DNA of 62,895 nt, filler included, from Octopus bimaculoides (lineage: Eukaryota), in the NCBI RefSeq assembly GCF_001194135.2. It is 5 parts of 5 records of this genome, joined end to end, with 100 filler letters (N's around TTAATTAATTAA, not from the genome) between each part and the next. Parts side by side here need not be neighbours in the genome. Positions count along the whole stretch, not along the records: positions 23,921 to 44,977 come from NC_068996.1; 4 more parts are not named here. The stretch is one strand, 5' to 3'. Position 1 is the first letter of the stretch, and every line of letters begins with the position of its first letter. Positions 28,384 to 40,130 of this stretch are shown piece by piece. The notes under the pieces are model-generated. The model worked only from the letters and a program-made list of their open reading frames with translations, did no database searches and was not told the origin of the DNA. The position numbers and the translations under genes were made by a program.

Positions 28384-28489
28384 CTACAATTGAGACCAAT
28401 AAATAAATAAATAAAAACAACAGGGCATTAAGTGCATGCACATACACACATGTACTTACATGTGTACTAGCACAAACAAACATAAACAT

Positions 28490-28790
28490 ACCAAAAAATT
28501 ACAATTGCAACACATTAATGAAACTGTAAAAATATGTAAAACATTCCAGAAGTTTACAGTGTAAATGTATACACATACACATGCTAGGTACACATGTATA
28601 TAAGTCAAGACAAACAGATTCATGCAATAACATGTATGTATAAATATACATACAAACTTAATATACACATACATGAAAACCTAGTTGATGTCCAAATTCC
28701 AATTATGGTTCTTTGTTTCTGAGTTGAAGACAAGTGCTCTATTGTAAACAAATTGGAAAAATAATATCAGAAGAACATACACACACACAC
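28490..28790 (+). mobile_element. Old, degraded 3' end of RLE family
   Basis: ETVKICKTFQKFTV* followed by a diverged version of the 50170-50285 UTR. Confidence 0.55.
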
Positions 28791-28820
28791 ATAAATGATG
28801 AAATATAATATAAAAACTAC

Positions 28821-28858
28821 CTTGTAAGGAGGGGTTGTTTCTTTTCTAAATTTGTTAT
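28821..28858 (-). CDS. 38-nt exon of unknown minus-strand gene (ITNLEKKQPLLT)
   Basis: tttttttatatttcag|ATAAC...ACAAG|GTAGTT; phase 0 to 2 links the 38327 and 28383 exons. Confidence 0.55.
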
Positions 28859-29835
28859 CTGAAATATAAAAAAATATCAATATTATAACAGCATCTGTCA
28901 AATTTAATTAAAATAATAAGTGTTATCTTTTATTATAAACAAAATTAATAAAATCAAAAATAAAACCATACCATATTTACATAGATAATTATGCACTATT
29001 TTTCTCCATGAAAAAGAAAGATGATCATCTGATTTCCACAATACTGACTCTACAGCAGATACTCTTATACAACCTACACCAGTAAAGTTCAAAGGTCACT
29101 TTTGAATTTGCTTATGTTTTGTTTATGATTTGAACATTTTCAATGTATTTTATACAGCAATTATAATAAACCTGACTATACAACACTTCTTGGATATATC
29201 ACAGTACTGTAGAAAAATTTGTGAGCTCCTTTGTAATGTTCCTTTCATTTTCAAGTAGTCAATATGTGTAGGAGTCTAATGTTGAGTAAAATTTATTTCC
29301 TCTACAACAAAGAGTTATACTGAATGTATAAAAGGTTTAATTATTAATTATTTAATTACTTTAGAAATTATTAATTATTAATTTTTATTGTGTGCTAATT
29401 GCAAAACATGCTTGTACATAGCTTAGAAGGATCACAGCATGAAATCAAAGAGGAAATCTGGAAGCTGTTGAATGGCAATGATTCATTAGAAGTCTTCTTG
29501 CCACATGACCATGACACTGCCCTTGTCTGCCAGTTTGATGACAATATCATCACAGCTTTGAAGGGGGTGGAGAGAGAGAGAGAGAGAGAGGTTTGGCACA
29601 GAAGATATTGGTGCATCATGATAGCATTTGGAAACTGAAGCAGTCTACTGCATGTGAACAAGCATCAGTAAATAGATCCAGAGTGCTGAACTGATCAAGG
29701 CCCAGCATCCAGTGTGATGGTCAGTAACCCAGGTCTGTGAAGTAGTTGGAGGATTTTGGTGTGGGAGATGTGCCTCTATACACACACATGCACACATATT
29801 ACCATGCTATGCACATACGTTAATATATGTATATA

Positions 29836-30676
29836 CAAGGTGTTCAGGCTAAATTTGATAATTTTTTTTTAAATCAAGAACAGTGTTCAATAAGTCAATG
29901 GCATTGGACACCATAAAGATTAAAGTTGTAGATGAGAAAATGTTAGTGGGCATGGAAGACTGGAAGCTATCTAAATATTTAGAAAAAAGCTACCTGTATT
30001 ATAATTCATGCCAAGTATCAAAATGCCAACAGCATGACTGCTACTCAATGCTCTGTGAACACTGTAAAGGTTGTAAGACATGACATACAGCTGCAGCAAA
30101 GACTATGAAACTATGGCCAGGGGTGGGGGTGGGGGTCACAACAGGTGTTTTTACTGCATCTGCACACCGGAGTTCATTTCCACATCTTTGAACACGGCCT
30201 TTAGTCACAATTCAGACAGTTATGTGAAGCTGCAAGAGACTGTTGTCACTCCCTGATAGGAGAAGGTTGTTGCTGGAAAGAGTCAGAAGTGATTGTTGAA
30301 GAATTTTTCTATGACTTCACCAGCCCAAATTTTTGACATCCTAATTCTGCCAATTGTAATCCCATGGATTACTATGTGTGGGACACAGTTGAGAAAGACA
30401 GCAACTGCTCTACCTGCAACACCAAGGCTGAGCTGGTAGCCAATATCAAGGGAGTGTTTGAAGATATTCCCAGGAAATCTGTGAAAAAACGCCTGCACCA
30501 GGTTCTGGAGCTGTCTTGAGGTCACGGTGGTGGAGGCTGAGGGTGACTATTTTGAGCAAACTATTAACTCCCAGTTTATTTTTTTTAGATTTTTTAAAAA
30601 GTACTTTCATTTTTGGATGTGATATTGTGCTTTCTTTTCCTTTGATGCAAATGTCAAATTTAGCCCAGATACCCTG
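29836..30676 (+). mobile_element. Internally deleted Tc1/mariner-superfamily element (maT/DD37D-like)
   Basis: TIRs caaggtgttcaggctaaatttgata / tgtcaaatttagcccagataccctg; transposase C-terminus PNSANCNPMDYYVWDTVEK...EAEGDYFE (WPPNSPDLNPxDY-like). Confidence 0.8.
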
Positions 30677-31949
30677 TGCATACATATTTACATTCATACA
30701 TATGTACAGAAATGCATCCATCCATTCACTAGGACATTCCATCAGTTATGATGACGAGTGTTCCAGTTGCTCATGAAATTAGCATGCAGGTTGCTAGAGA
30801 GACACGCATACCCTCAAAGAGATTCAGCATGACACGCTGAATGTGACAAGGCTGGCCCATTGAACTACACATGCAACACATTTTTGCCAGCTGAGTGAAC
30901 TGCAGCAATGCAAAATAAAGTGTCTTGCCCAAGGACACAGCATGCCACCTGCAATTACAGTCATGACTTTACAATCTTAAACCGAATGCACAAACCACTA
31001 AGCCATGCACCTCCAAACATGTATAATATATGTCCTTTAATGTGTAGGTACATGTGTGTGTGTGTACATGAGAAAGAGAGAAAGATAGAGGGGCATTTGA
31101 AGAGAGAGCAAGAGCATTGAAAGATAGAGCTTTGGGAAAAGATTTGCTTTTATAACTTTGACACATAAGGCACATTGAAATTGTAAGCAAACTTTTTGAA
31201 AAACTGCATGTGTGGGTGTGTGTTAGCCTTTATCAATGTCAAGTCTTTTTATATAAGGGTGTGTGTGCGTGCGCATAGGTGCATGTATGTTTGTATGGAG
31301 GAATGGCTGTTAAGTACAGGCATGGCCTTTTGGAATGAGTATGACTGTGTGGTTTTTGTTTCCCAAGAAAGTAGTCTTGGGATCAATCCCACTGTGAGGC
31401 ATCTTGAGCAAATGTCTTCTGCTATTGCTTCAGACTGACCAAGGCCTTGTATGTGGCTCTGGAAGACAGAAAGTGTGTGTGTGTAGTTAAGAAGTTTGCT
31501 TTGCAACTATGTGGTTTCAGTTTCAGTCCCAAGTGTCTTCTACTATAGCCCTGAGCTAACCAAAGCCTTGTGAGGAATTAATAGATGGAAACTGTAAAAA
31601 GCCTGTCTGTGTGTGAGTGTGTGAATGCTTACAGTCTGCAACATGTCCACAGGAAATTGCTTGAGGAAAAACAGTGAGACTATATTGACTTTTCCCTGTC
31701 AACAATTCATTCTGTACCTCTGCACTTTTGAAGACAAGTAGAATGAAAATCCTGTACTTGCAAACAGGTAAGGGTTAGCAACAAGGAGGGTATCCAGCTG
31801 TAAAATAATACCTCAATAATAGCTCTTCACTCAATCTAAGTAAGAATACTGAAAATTAATAATGATGCTCATTTGTAACAATTACATGATATTAAGGCAA
31901 GGTAACAAAAAAAAAAAAATGGATACTAAGTGAATGACTATTGTATATA

Positions 31950-32065
31950 TAGGCACAGGTTCAGTTCCACTGTGTGGTACCTTGGGCTTCTACTATAGCC
32001 TCAAACCGACTAAAGCCTTGTGAGTGGATTTGGTAGACAGAAACTCAAAGAAGCCTGTCGTATAT
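31950..32065 (+). mobile_element. SINE family A head, CpG-decayed
   Basis: ggttcagttccactgtgtggtacc...aaagccttgtgagtggatttggtagacagaaac. Confidence 0.75.
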
Positions 32066-32101
32066 GTGTGTGTGTTATAATTTAGAACAAACAGTAAAAG
32101 A

Positions 32102-32287
32102 TTGTCATTATAGTACTTGGAGTTTCGAATGCTAGAGCGAAGAGCTACGATACATTCTCGTCAGCTATTAATGACAAGAGACGCTATGAAAAGCCATTAA
32201 ATAAAAGCATCTGTTGCCAATAATAGCCAATGAGAATGCATCGTAGATCTTCGCTCCGACATTTGAAATTGAGTGCTATAATGACAA
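32102..32287. mobile_element. Palindromic MITE-like element, 186 bp
   Basis: Imperfect ~80-bp arms beginning ttgtcattatag and ending ctataatgacaa. Confidence 0.7.
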
Positions 32288-32398
32288 CCTCTTACTTTTG
32301 TTCTAATTTATAACATATATAAATAATCCTCTATTTATCTAATATTGTTTCATTCTTTTGTTGTTACATTTTATTATTTTTATTATATACATATACAT

Positions 32399-32818
32399 AG
32401 GTGCAGGAGTGGCTGTGTGGTAAGTAGCTTGCTTACCAACCACATGGTTCCAGGTTCAGTCCCACTGTGTGGCACTTTGGGCAAGTGTCTTCTACTATAG
32501 CCTCAGGCCGACCAAGCCTTGTGAGTGGATTTGGTAGACAGAAACTGAAAGAAGACCGTCGTATATATGTATATGTATATATATATGTGTGTGTGTGTGT
32601 GTGTATGTTTGTGTCTGTGTTCGTCCTTCAACATCGCTTGACAACTGATGCTGGTGTGTTTACATCCCTGTAACTTAGCGGTTCGGCAAAAGAGACCGAT
32701 AGAATAAGTACTAGGCTTACAGAGAATAAGTCCTGGGGTCGATTTGCTCGACTAAAGGCGGTGCTCCAGCATAGCCACAGTCAAATGACTGAAACAAGTA
32801 AAAGAGTAAAAGAGTAAA
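32399..32818 (+). mobile_element. Full-length SINE family A (head, microsatellite spacer, tail)
   Basis: gcaggagtggctgtgtggtaagtagcttgc...ggttcagtcccactg head; tail ...ggcggtgctccagcatagccacagtcaaatgactgaaacaagtaaaagagtaaaagagtaa. Confidence 0.9.
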
Positions 32819-33039
32819 CAGAATATATATGTATATTTTTATATAAACACAGGCCTATTCCCCATTTTTTGTAGGAGTGGGTAGCTACAGCAAGACACAC
32901 ACTAGGCATTCTATTCATTTCCCAACTCAAAGAGGCAACCCCTGTTCTATATACTAATACATTCTATATATATTAATACGAAATTGATTGAATAAGTATT
33001 ATTACAATAATAAATGTGTACATGTACCTGTGAGTGTAA

Positions 33040-33770
33040 CTAAATCTGTTAGTTTAATAGCCTCTCTTAATGACTTAAAAAGCAACAGTGGCAATGATAC
33101 AGAATTTCTAAAACTAAGTCTGTAAGATAATAGTTTTTGGTACCATGCTGACTTAAGGAAGTGAACTGATTTTCTTTGAAGTGGAATGGTAACAGACACA
33201 AAGGGTAATTGTTAAAGGTTATTCTTTTATGACATTCTTATCTTTAAATGTTCTTTTTCTATTTTCCTAAAATTCCAAACAAGTCTGTGGTTAAAGTTTC
33301 ATTATTTTTTTTATTTCCCTTAATTTGTTTTTGTTAGGTTTTTTAAAAACTTGTATCTCTTTGTATTTTCTCATTCCTCTTTGTCAGAGGAATCTAAAAA
33401 TGGTATTTGATGGGGATGGAGGGGTAATTTGGTGAAACTAAAGATAATACAGCAGTGTCTTGACTCTGGTCACTCCAAGACGTGCATGCATACAGCTATT
33501 ATTGAATCATATTAATGCAATATTGCACATAATTGATGTAACATTCAGCAACTTAACAGCCAATAATGACGCACTGAAACAATTGCAGTGATTTGTCACA
33601 ATGTAATAAAGCCTGTTCAATCCATCTCCCCATATTGAAATTTTTTTGTTTATACTCTATGGATATTTGCAGATTTCCACATTTATAGATCCAGTAACAG
33701 GAAAAGTCCTACTGTATAACACTTGCTAACTGATATCCATAGAAGAGTTTGTAGAATACTCTATAAGGTA
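33040..33770 (+). mobile_element. Possible very decayed P-element/THAP9-like transposase remnant
   Basis: IQLLLNHINAILHIIDVTFSNLTANNDA and STFIDPVTGKVLLYNTC loosely resemble the THAP9 segments QAQLLRLTIGKLSDIGITVLAVTSD and TFQHP...YFFDSCH (from memory); many stops. Confidence 0.35.
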
Positions 33771-33936
33771 TTTTACCCAGATTTATATATATATATATAT
33801 ATATATATGGCTGGCTGGCTGGCTGGATGGATGGATGGATGGAGAGATAGATAGACAGACAGACTGATAGATATATAATATAATAATATTATAGATAGAC
33901 TGATAGATATATAATATAATAATAGCAATAATTCTT

Positions 33937-34417
33937 GGATGCAATTTATAAATATTTAATACATCGCTATGAGCATTTCCACAAATCACATGACTTTAAC
34001 ATCAGAGTTTGTATCCTTGGGATGAGTACAGTATAGTCTGTATTATCCATGGGCATCCAGTTGATCATCATCATTGATTCATGTCATCAGACGATACTGC
34101 ATTAGTGGATGAATCACAGAGGGATGTTTAACCCTTCTTGCCAGTATGAAGGCCAATCTAGCTATATGCTTCATATTCTTAATAGCTATATGTTAGATTG
34201 GCCTTCATACTGGCAAGAATGGACAAACATCCCTCTGTGATTCATCCACTAATGCAGTATCGCCTGATGACATGAATCAATGATGATGATCAACCGGATG
34301 CCCATGGATAATACAGACTATACTGTACTCATCCCAAGGATACAAACTCTGATGTTAAACTCATGTGATTCGTGGAAATGCTCATAGCGATGTATTAAAT
34401 ATTTATAAATTCCATCC
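33937..34417. repeat. Long inverted repeat / foldback, ~224-bp arms and 33-bp spacer
   Basis: 33937-34160 is the reverse complement of 34194-34417 with only a handful of mismatches. ORFs 33783- and 34365+ begin with nearly identical peptides. Confidence 0.95.
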
Positions 34418-34509
34418 TANNNNNNNNNNTATACACACACACACACACACATATACATATCTATATACACACACACATTCACACACACACACACATATAT
34501 ATATATCAT

Positions 34510-37075
34510 TACATGCATGGTTGTTCCTAAATACAAAAACTCTTTCTGGTGAAGAATGTATCCTTCAGCATAGACTAGTCATTAGTGACTTTAGACTCGA
34601 GGCCAGAAGGATGCCAAGAAACAGACCAATCTGGAAAAGATGGATTTGGAAGCTTAAGGTCTGGGATTTAGGAACATCCTGAGAAATTTGATGAGAGGGA
34701 GGAGGAATTACAGACTTGCAACATAGAGGGCAACTGGGAATTCCTACACAACAGATTGATGAGTGCCACAGACCAAATTTTCAGCTGGTGCAAAGTCACA
34801 CCCAGACTTAGGGAGGTGTGGTGGTGGAACGATGCTATAGATAAGACAAAGAAGCAGGCCTGGAAGAGTGAGGGTAGCAGGGAACTGTATCAGACAACCA
34901 GAAGGGAAGCTAGGAGACAGGTATATCTAGCCAGGGGAGAAGCAGAAAAGAAGTTGTTTGCCTATTTTCATCGACATGAGGACCAAAGACTTGAAGTGTT
35001 TCAGATTGCAAGGCAGTGAGTGAGAGAAAATTGTGATGTCATATGAGAGAAATGTGGTTGCATGAATGATGGTGCATTTAATGATTCTGCAAAGAAAGAG
35101 GCTTGGAAATGCCATTATGAAAGACTACTAAATGTAGAGAATGCATGGCAGGAAGAAAGTCTGCCAAATGTTGACCCAACTGAAGGATCAGCTATCTGAA
35201 TCAATAGTACACTGGTAGATAAAGCAATTAAGGATATGAAGACAGGGAAAGCTCCTGGCCCATCAGGAATCACCACTTAAAATATCTGGTGGTGTGGGTT
35301 ATGGTCTAGTCACCTGTATTGTAAATCGAGTGGTTCACGAAGAAGTCATATCCAATGACTGGTGGAGCAGTACCATAGTCAACTGCTACAAAGGTAAAGG
35401 TGATGCCTCCTAGATAGAAATAATAACAGAAGTATCAAGTTGTTGGATCAGGAGATGAAAATTATGGAGAGGGTCATAACCCAACTAATTAGGGAGAGAA
35501 TTAGTTTAGATGAGATGCAGTTTGGTTTTGTGTCAGAGAGAAGTAACACTGGTGTTATATTTCTGGTAAGACAGCTACAAGAGAGATACATAGCCAAAGA
35601 TGAACCTCTGTACTTGGCTTTTGTTTACTTAGAGGCAGTCTTTGACAGGGTCCCTCAGTCTCTTATCTGGTGGTCAATGCAGAAACTAGGGATAGATCAG
35701 AGATTGGTGAGAGCATGTACAGGGACGCTACCAGTAAGGTGAGGGTTGGCAATGAGTACAACAAAAGATTCAGGGTACAAGTAGGGGTACACCAAAGATT
35801 GGTTTTCAGCCCCTTCTTATTCATCATAGTCCTCTAGCAATAACAGAGGAATTTAAGACAGGCTGCCCCTGACATTGTTCTTAAAGCTGAAACACTACCA
35901 GAACTAGAAGTTTCATGTATGGAAGCAAGGTCTAAAATCAAAGGGCCTTAGAGTTAACGTAGCAAAAACCAAAGTCTTAGTAAGTAGGAAGGCAGACAAA
36001 TTACAAATCCCTTCAGGCTGATAGCCCTGCTCGATCTGAAGAAAAGGTATAGGTAGAAACTCCATAAGATGTACCTGGTGTAAGATATGGACACATAAGA
36101 GGTGCAGCAATATCAGAGGAAGGTTAACAGGGAAACTAGCTTTTGTATGTGGAAGATGCACAGGTACAATAAACACTGAAAATGTGCAGAAAATAGACTC
36201 CCTCAACTGCCATGGGTATAAGCTAGAGGTAGTAGATACCTTCCATTATCTAGGTTACCAAGTTAGTAGCAGAAGTGGATGTTCCAAGAGTGTAGCTGTG
36301 AGAATAAGATTAGGCTGGGCAGAGTTCAGAGAGATCCTACCTCTGCTGGCAACAAAGGGCCTCACCCTCAGAGTGAAAGACAGATAGTACAATGCCTGTG
36401 TGCAAACAGCTATGCTACACGGCAGTGAAGCATCATTTGTGACAGCTGAGGACACATAAGAGGCATCAGATGTGGTGTGCAAGAGAGGCAACTGTGCTGG
36501 TATGGTCATGTGATGCGTATGGACAAGGACAGCTGTATAAAGAAGTGCCGATCTCTGTGAAGGGAACCTGTGGTAGAGGTAGACTCAGGAAGACATGGGA
36601 CAAGGTGGGGAAGTATGATCTTTGAACTTTGGGCCTCACAGAAGTAATGACTAGAGACTGAGACCTTTGGCGAGATGCTGGTGTCACATAACTGGCACCT
36701 TTACAGGTGGCATGTAAAAAGTACCAATTGAGCAATGGGCCTCATGGAGGCAAAGTGCCCGATGCTGGTGGCACGTGTAAAGCTCCTTTCAAGTATTGGG
36801 CCTCAAAGAGGCAATGATGAATGACAGAGACATTTGGCATTATGTCGTGTTTGAGAAGCAGACTCAAGCCATGCAAAATCGCAGTCATGGCAGATAGTGG
36901 TGTCAAGTAAATGGCACCTGTGCTGGTGGCACATAAAAGCACCCATTACACACTCAGAGTGATTGGCATTAGGAAGGGCATCCAACCATAGAAAACCAGA
37001 CTGGACGTGCAGCCTTCCAGCCCTGGCCAAACCATCCAACCCATGGACAACAAACGTTAAATGATAATGAGAATG
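34510..37075 (+). mobile_element. 5'-truncated, decayed RTE-clade LINE
   Basis: EN end (GEECILQHRLVISDF), RT (LDEMQFGFV...LYLAFVxLExVFDRVP) and the typical 3' tail ggcattaggaagggcatcca...caacccatg...atgataatga; many stops and frameshifts. Confidence 0.9.
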
Positions 37076-37105
37076 ATATATATACATGTACATAATTACA
37101 TGTAT

Positions 37106-37254
37106 GAGTGGTTGGCGTTAGGAAGGGCATCCAGCTGTAGAAACTCTGCCAAATTAGATTGGAGCCTGGTGTTGCCATCCGGTTTCACCAGTCCTCAGTC
37201 GAATCGTCCAACCCATGCTAGCATGGAAAGCGGACGTTAAACGATGATGATGAT
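37106..37254 (+). mobile_element. Young short RTE 3'-tail insertion
   Basis: gagtggttggcgttaggaagggcatccagctgtag...gcatggaaagcggacgttaaacgatgatgatgat; CpGs retained. Confidence 0.85.
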
Positions 37255-37364
37255 ATTTACTTACATGTATAATTATATATATATAATTATGTATGTATAA
37301 ATAAATATATATATACATATATATACGCATACATATATATAATTACATATGTATAAATAAATAA

Positions 37365-37411
<47 letters not shown>

Positions 37412-37491
37412 GATGAATGTACATACATACATGCCCTGTTTATAATTATACCATATGTTACATATATATAAACACATTTATGAATATACAT

Positions 37492-37551
<60 letters not shown>

Positions 37552-37584
37552 NNNNNNNNNNNNNNNNNNNNNNNNNNNNNNNNN

Positions 37585-37632
<48 letters not shown>

Positions 37633-37795
37633 ATATATACACATACATATAAACACACATATACAGATATGCATACATATACATACACACACATATATAT
37701 CAACACATATATGTATCTATGTATATTCATACATAGATACATAAATTAGAAGGCAATACTGTAAGTAGACAGATCATGCAAGTATGTATGTGTGC

Positions 37796-37846
<51 letters not shown>

Positions 37847-38326
37847 NNNNNNNNNNNNNNNNNNNNNNNNNNNNNNNNNNNNNNNNNNNNNNNNNNNNNN
37901 NNNNNNNNNNNNNNNNNNNNNNNNNNNNNNNNNNNNNNNNNNNNNNNNNNNNNNNNNNNNNNNNNNNNNNNNNNNNNNNNNNNNNNNNNNNNNNNNNNNN
38001 NNNNNNNNNNNNNNNNNNNNNNNNNNNNNNNNNNNNNNNNNNNNNNNNNNNNNNNNNNNNNNNNNNNNNNNNNNNNNNNNNNNNNNNNNNNNNNNNNNNN
38101 NNNNNNNNNNNNNNNNNNNNNNNNNNNNNNNNNNATATATATATATATATATATAATTATGCGTGTTTATGTGTGATTACACATATGGTTATTGAAACAA
38201 TACAAATCTGTAGAGTTTTTTAAACCCTGCCTTTTTATAAAACAAAAACAACTATTAATGAAATTTATTAAAGAAAAACAACAAAAAAAATCAGAGCATA
38301 AGAATTGAATGATAATAGAGACTTAC

Positions 38327-38654
38327 GTTCTGCGAGGAACTGGGTGCAATAACTTGTGAAGATTCGGGAGAACTGTGGTCCTTTATTTTGTCAAAGGAAA
38401 CTGAGGTATATAGGCCTCTGTTACTATCAGACATTTGGGATCTAACACGTGTCCATTCTGTTTGATGCTTTGTCCTTTCTTGGTGTCTTCCAGACATATC
38501 CATATATTCAGATTGTGTGTTTGTTGTGCTATTATTGTTGTTATTATTATTATTATTATTATTACTAGTATTATTGTTATTATCATTCTGCTGCTGCTGC
38601 CAGTCTTGCTTAGAATGTGCTACATGTTGAAAATCTCCATATAATCTGGGATTT
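38327..38654 (-). CDS. 328-nt exon of unknown minus-strand gene, Q/N/S-rich
   Basis: Acceptor ttttttttcttcttttttatag, donor AAC|GTAAGT, 109 open codons NPRLYGDFQHVAHSKQDWQQQQNDNNNNTS-N11-STTNTQSEYMDMSG...SSSQN; phase 2 to 0. Confidence 0.7.
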
Positions 38655-39501
38655 CTATAAAAAAGAAGAAAAAAAGGACAATCCAGGTTTTACATTTTCA
38701 ATAATAATAATAATAAGGATAATGATGATGATGGCGATGATGATGATGATGATGATAAAGAGAAGAACTTACATATATACATACACCCAAGCACAGATTT
38801 CGGAACAGTATATCTGAAAGGTATCTTTGCATCCAACTCTTAATTTGGTGTCTCTGAAATGCTAACCTACTTTCGGATAGACCATCTGTTTAGTTAACAA
38901 TTAGAGTTTAATAGAGTAACAATCATTATGCCAGTTAGAAACAGTAAATAAAGAACTGGCGTACACTTAAAAGTAAAGGTTATGTCAATACTAGGCGTAA
39001 GATGTTAGGAGTGAGATAAAGTCAGGAATAAAACAGCTTGAACTTAAATAAAACAACCAGTAAATATTTGCAGAGTTTATTAAATTTTAGTTAAATATCA
39101 ACAATATAAAAATGGTAATAGAAATTAAAGCCATTTGGAGAAAATTATTCAATATTTTGAAAATAAAGAGTCCTTGTAAATGCTAGTAAGGAAATAAAAA
39201 AACAAAACAAAAAAAAAAACGGTATCCTCTGAAAATATAAGGTACCTGTCTCACACCAGGATAAGATGGTTGGTGCTAAGAAAAGAGCCCAGCTGTTGAA
39301 ATAACCCAGATTTGCAAACCCCCTTCAATTCATTCTAGCATGAAAAACTTTAAAAAAAATAAAAAATAAAAAAAAGACAAAAATACTAAGAAAAACAAAA
39401 AAACTAAATTTTCATTTATAAGAGAAGACAGACTGAAATAGTAAAGAAGATCTCCCTTTCTCTCTATCTCTGCGTGTGTTTGTGTGTATGTGTGTGTGTA
39501 G

Positions 39502-39612
<111 letters not shown>

Positions 39613-39892
39613 AAACTTTTCAGCTTTTGGAATAGGTCATAGTGAGCATAGCTTTTACAAACCTTTCAAACTTGTAGGGATACTAATTGATGTTGCTGGT
39701 TGGTTCCAGATCAACCCCAGGTCAGTGCAAATGCAAGAAATTTAATATAAAACATCAGGGTCAAAATTGCAAGTGTAATGTTATAATACTAGATACTAGA
39801 GTATATAAAATAGTACTCAGGAAGACCCATACTCCATAACAGAAGTGTTAAGGTTGTTCCCCCTGGTGAAGAGGCCAGGCCTGTGCAAGAAT

Positions 39893-40130
39893 CCTGTGCC
39901 GGTGACATGTAGAAAGCATGCATGCCAGTGACACATCAAAGCACTTCTGCAGTGCCACATCAAAAGCACACACTGTAAAATAGTTGGCATTAGGAAGGGC
40001 ATCCAGTTGTGGAAACCTTGCTAAATCAGACTGGAGTCTGGTGCAGCCCTCCAGCTTGCCAGCCCTGGTCAAACCATCCGACCCATGCCAGCATGGACAA
40101 CAGATGTTAAATGATAATGATGATGATGAT
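39893..40130 (+). mobile_element. RTE 3'-tail copy, decayed
   Basis: ggcattaggaagggcatccag...acccatgccagcatggacaacagatgttaaatgataatgatg. Confidence 0.75.

Noticed and set aside
29395-29661. Overlapping ORFs on both strands near the exon cluster
   Set aside because: No splice signals or recognisable motif; contains an (AG)n run and is probably decayed repeat sequence.
33002-33199. Minus-strand ORF ending at a good donor (ACAG|GTACAT, ~33028)
   Set aside because: Its phases do not fit the neighbouring exon chain, and it overlaps a probable plus-strand transposase fossil.
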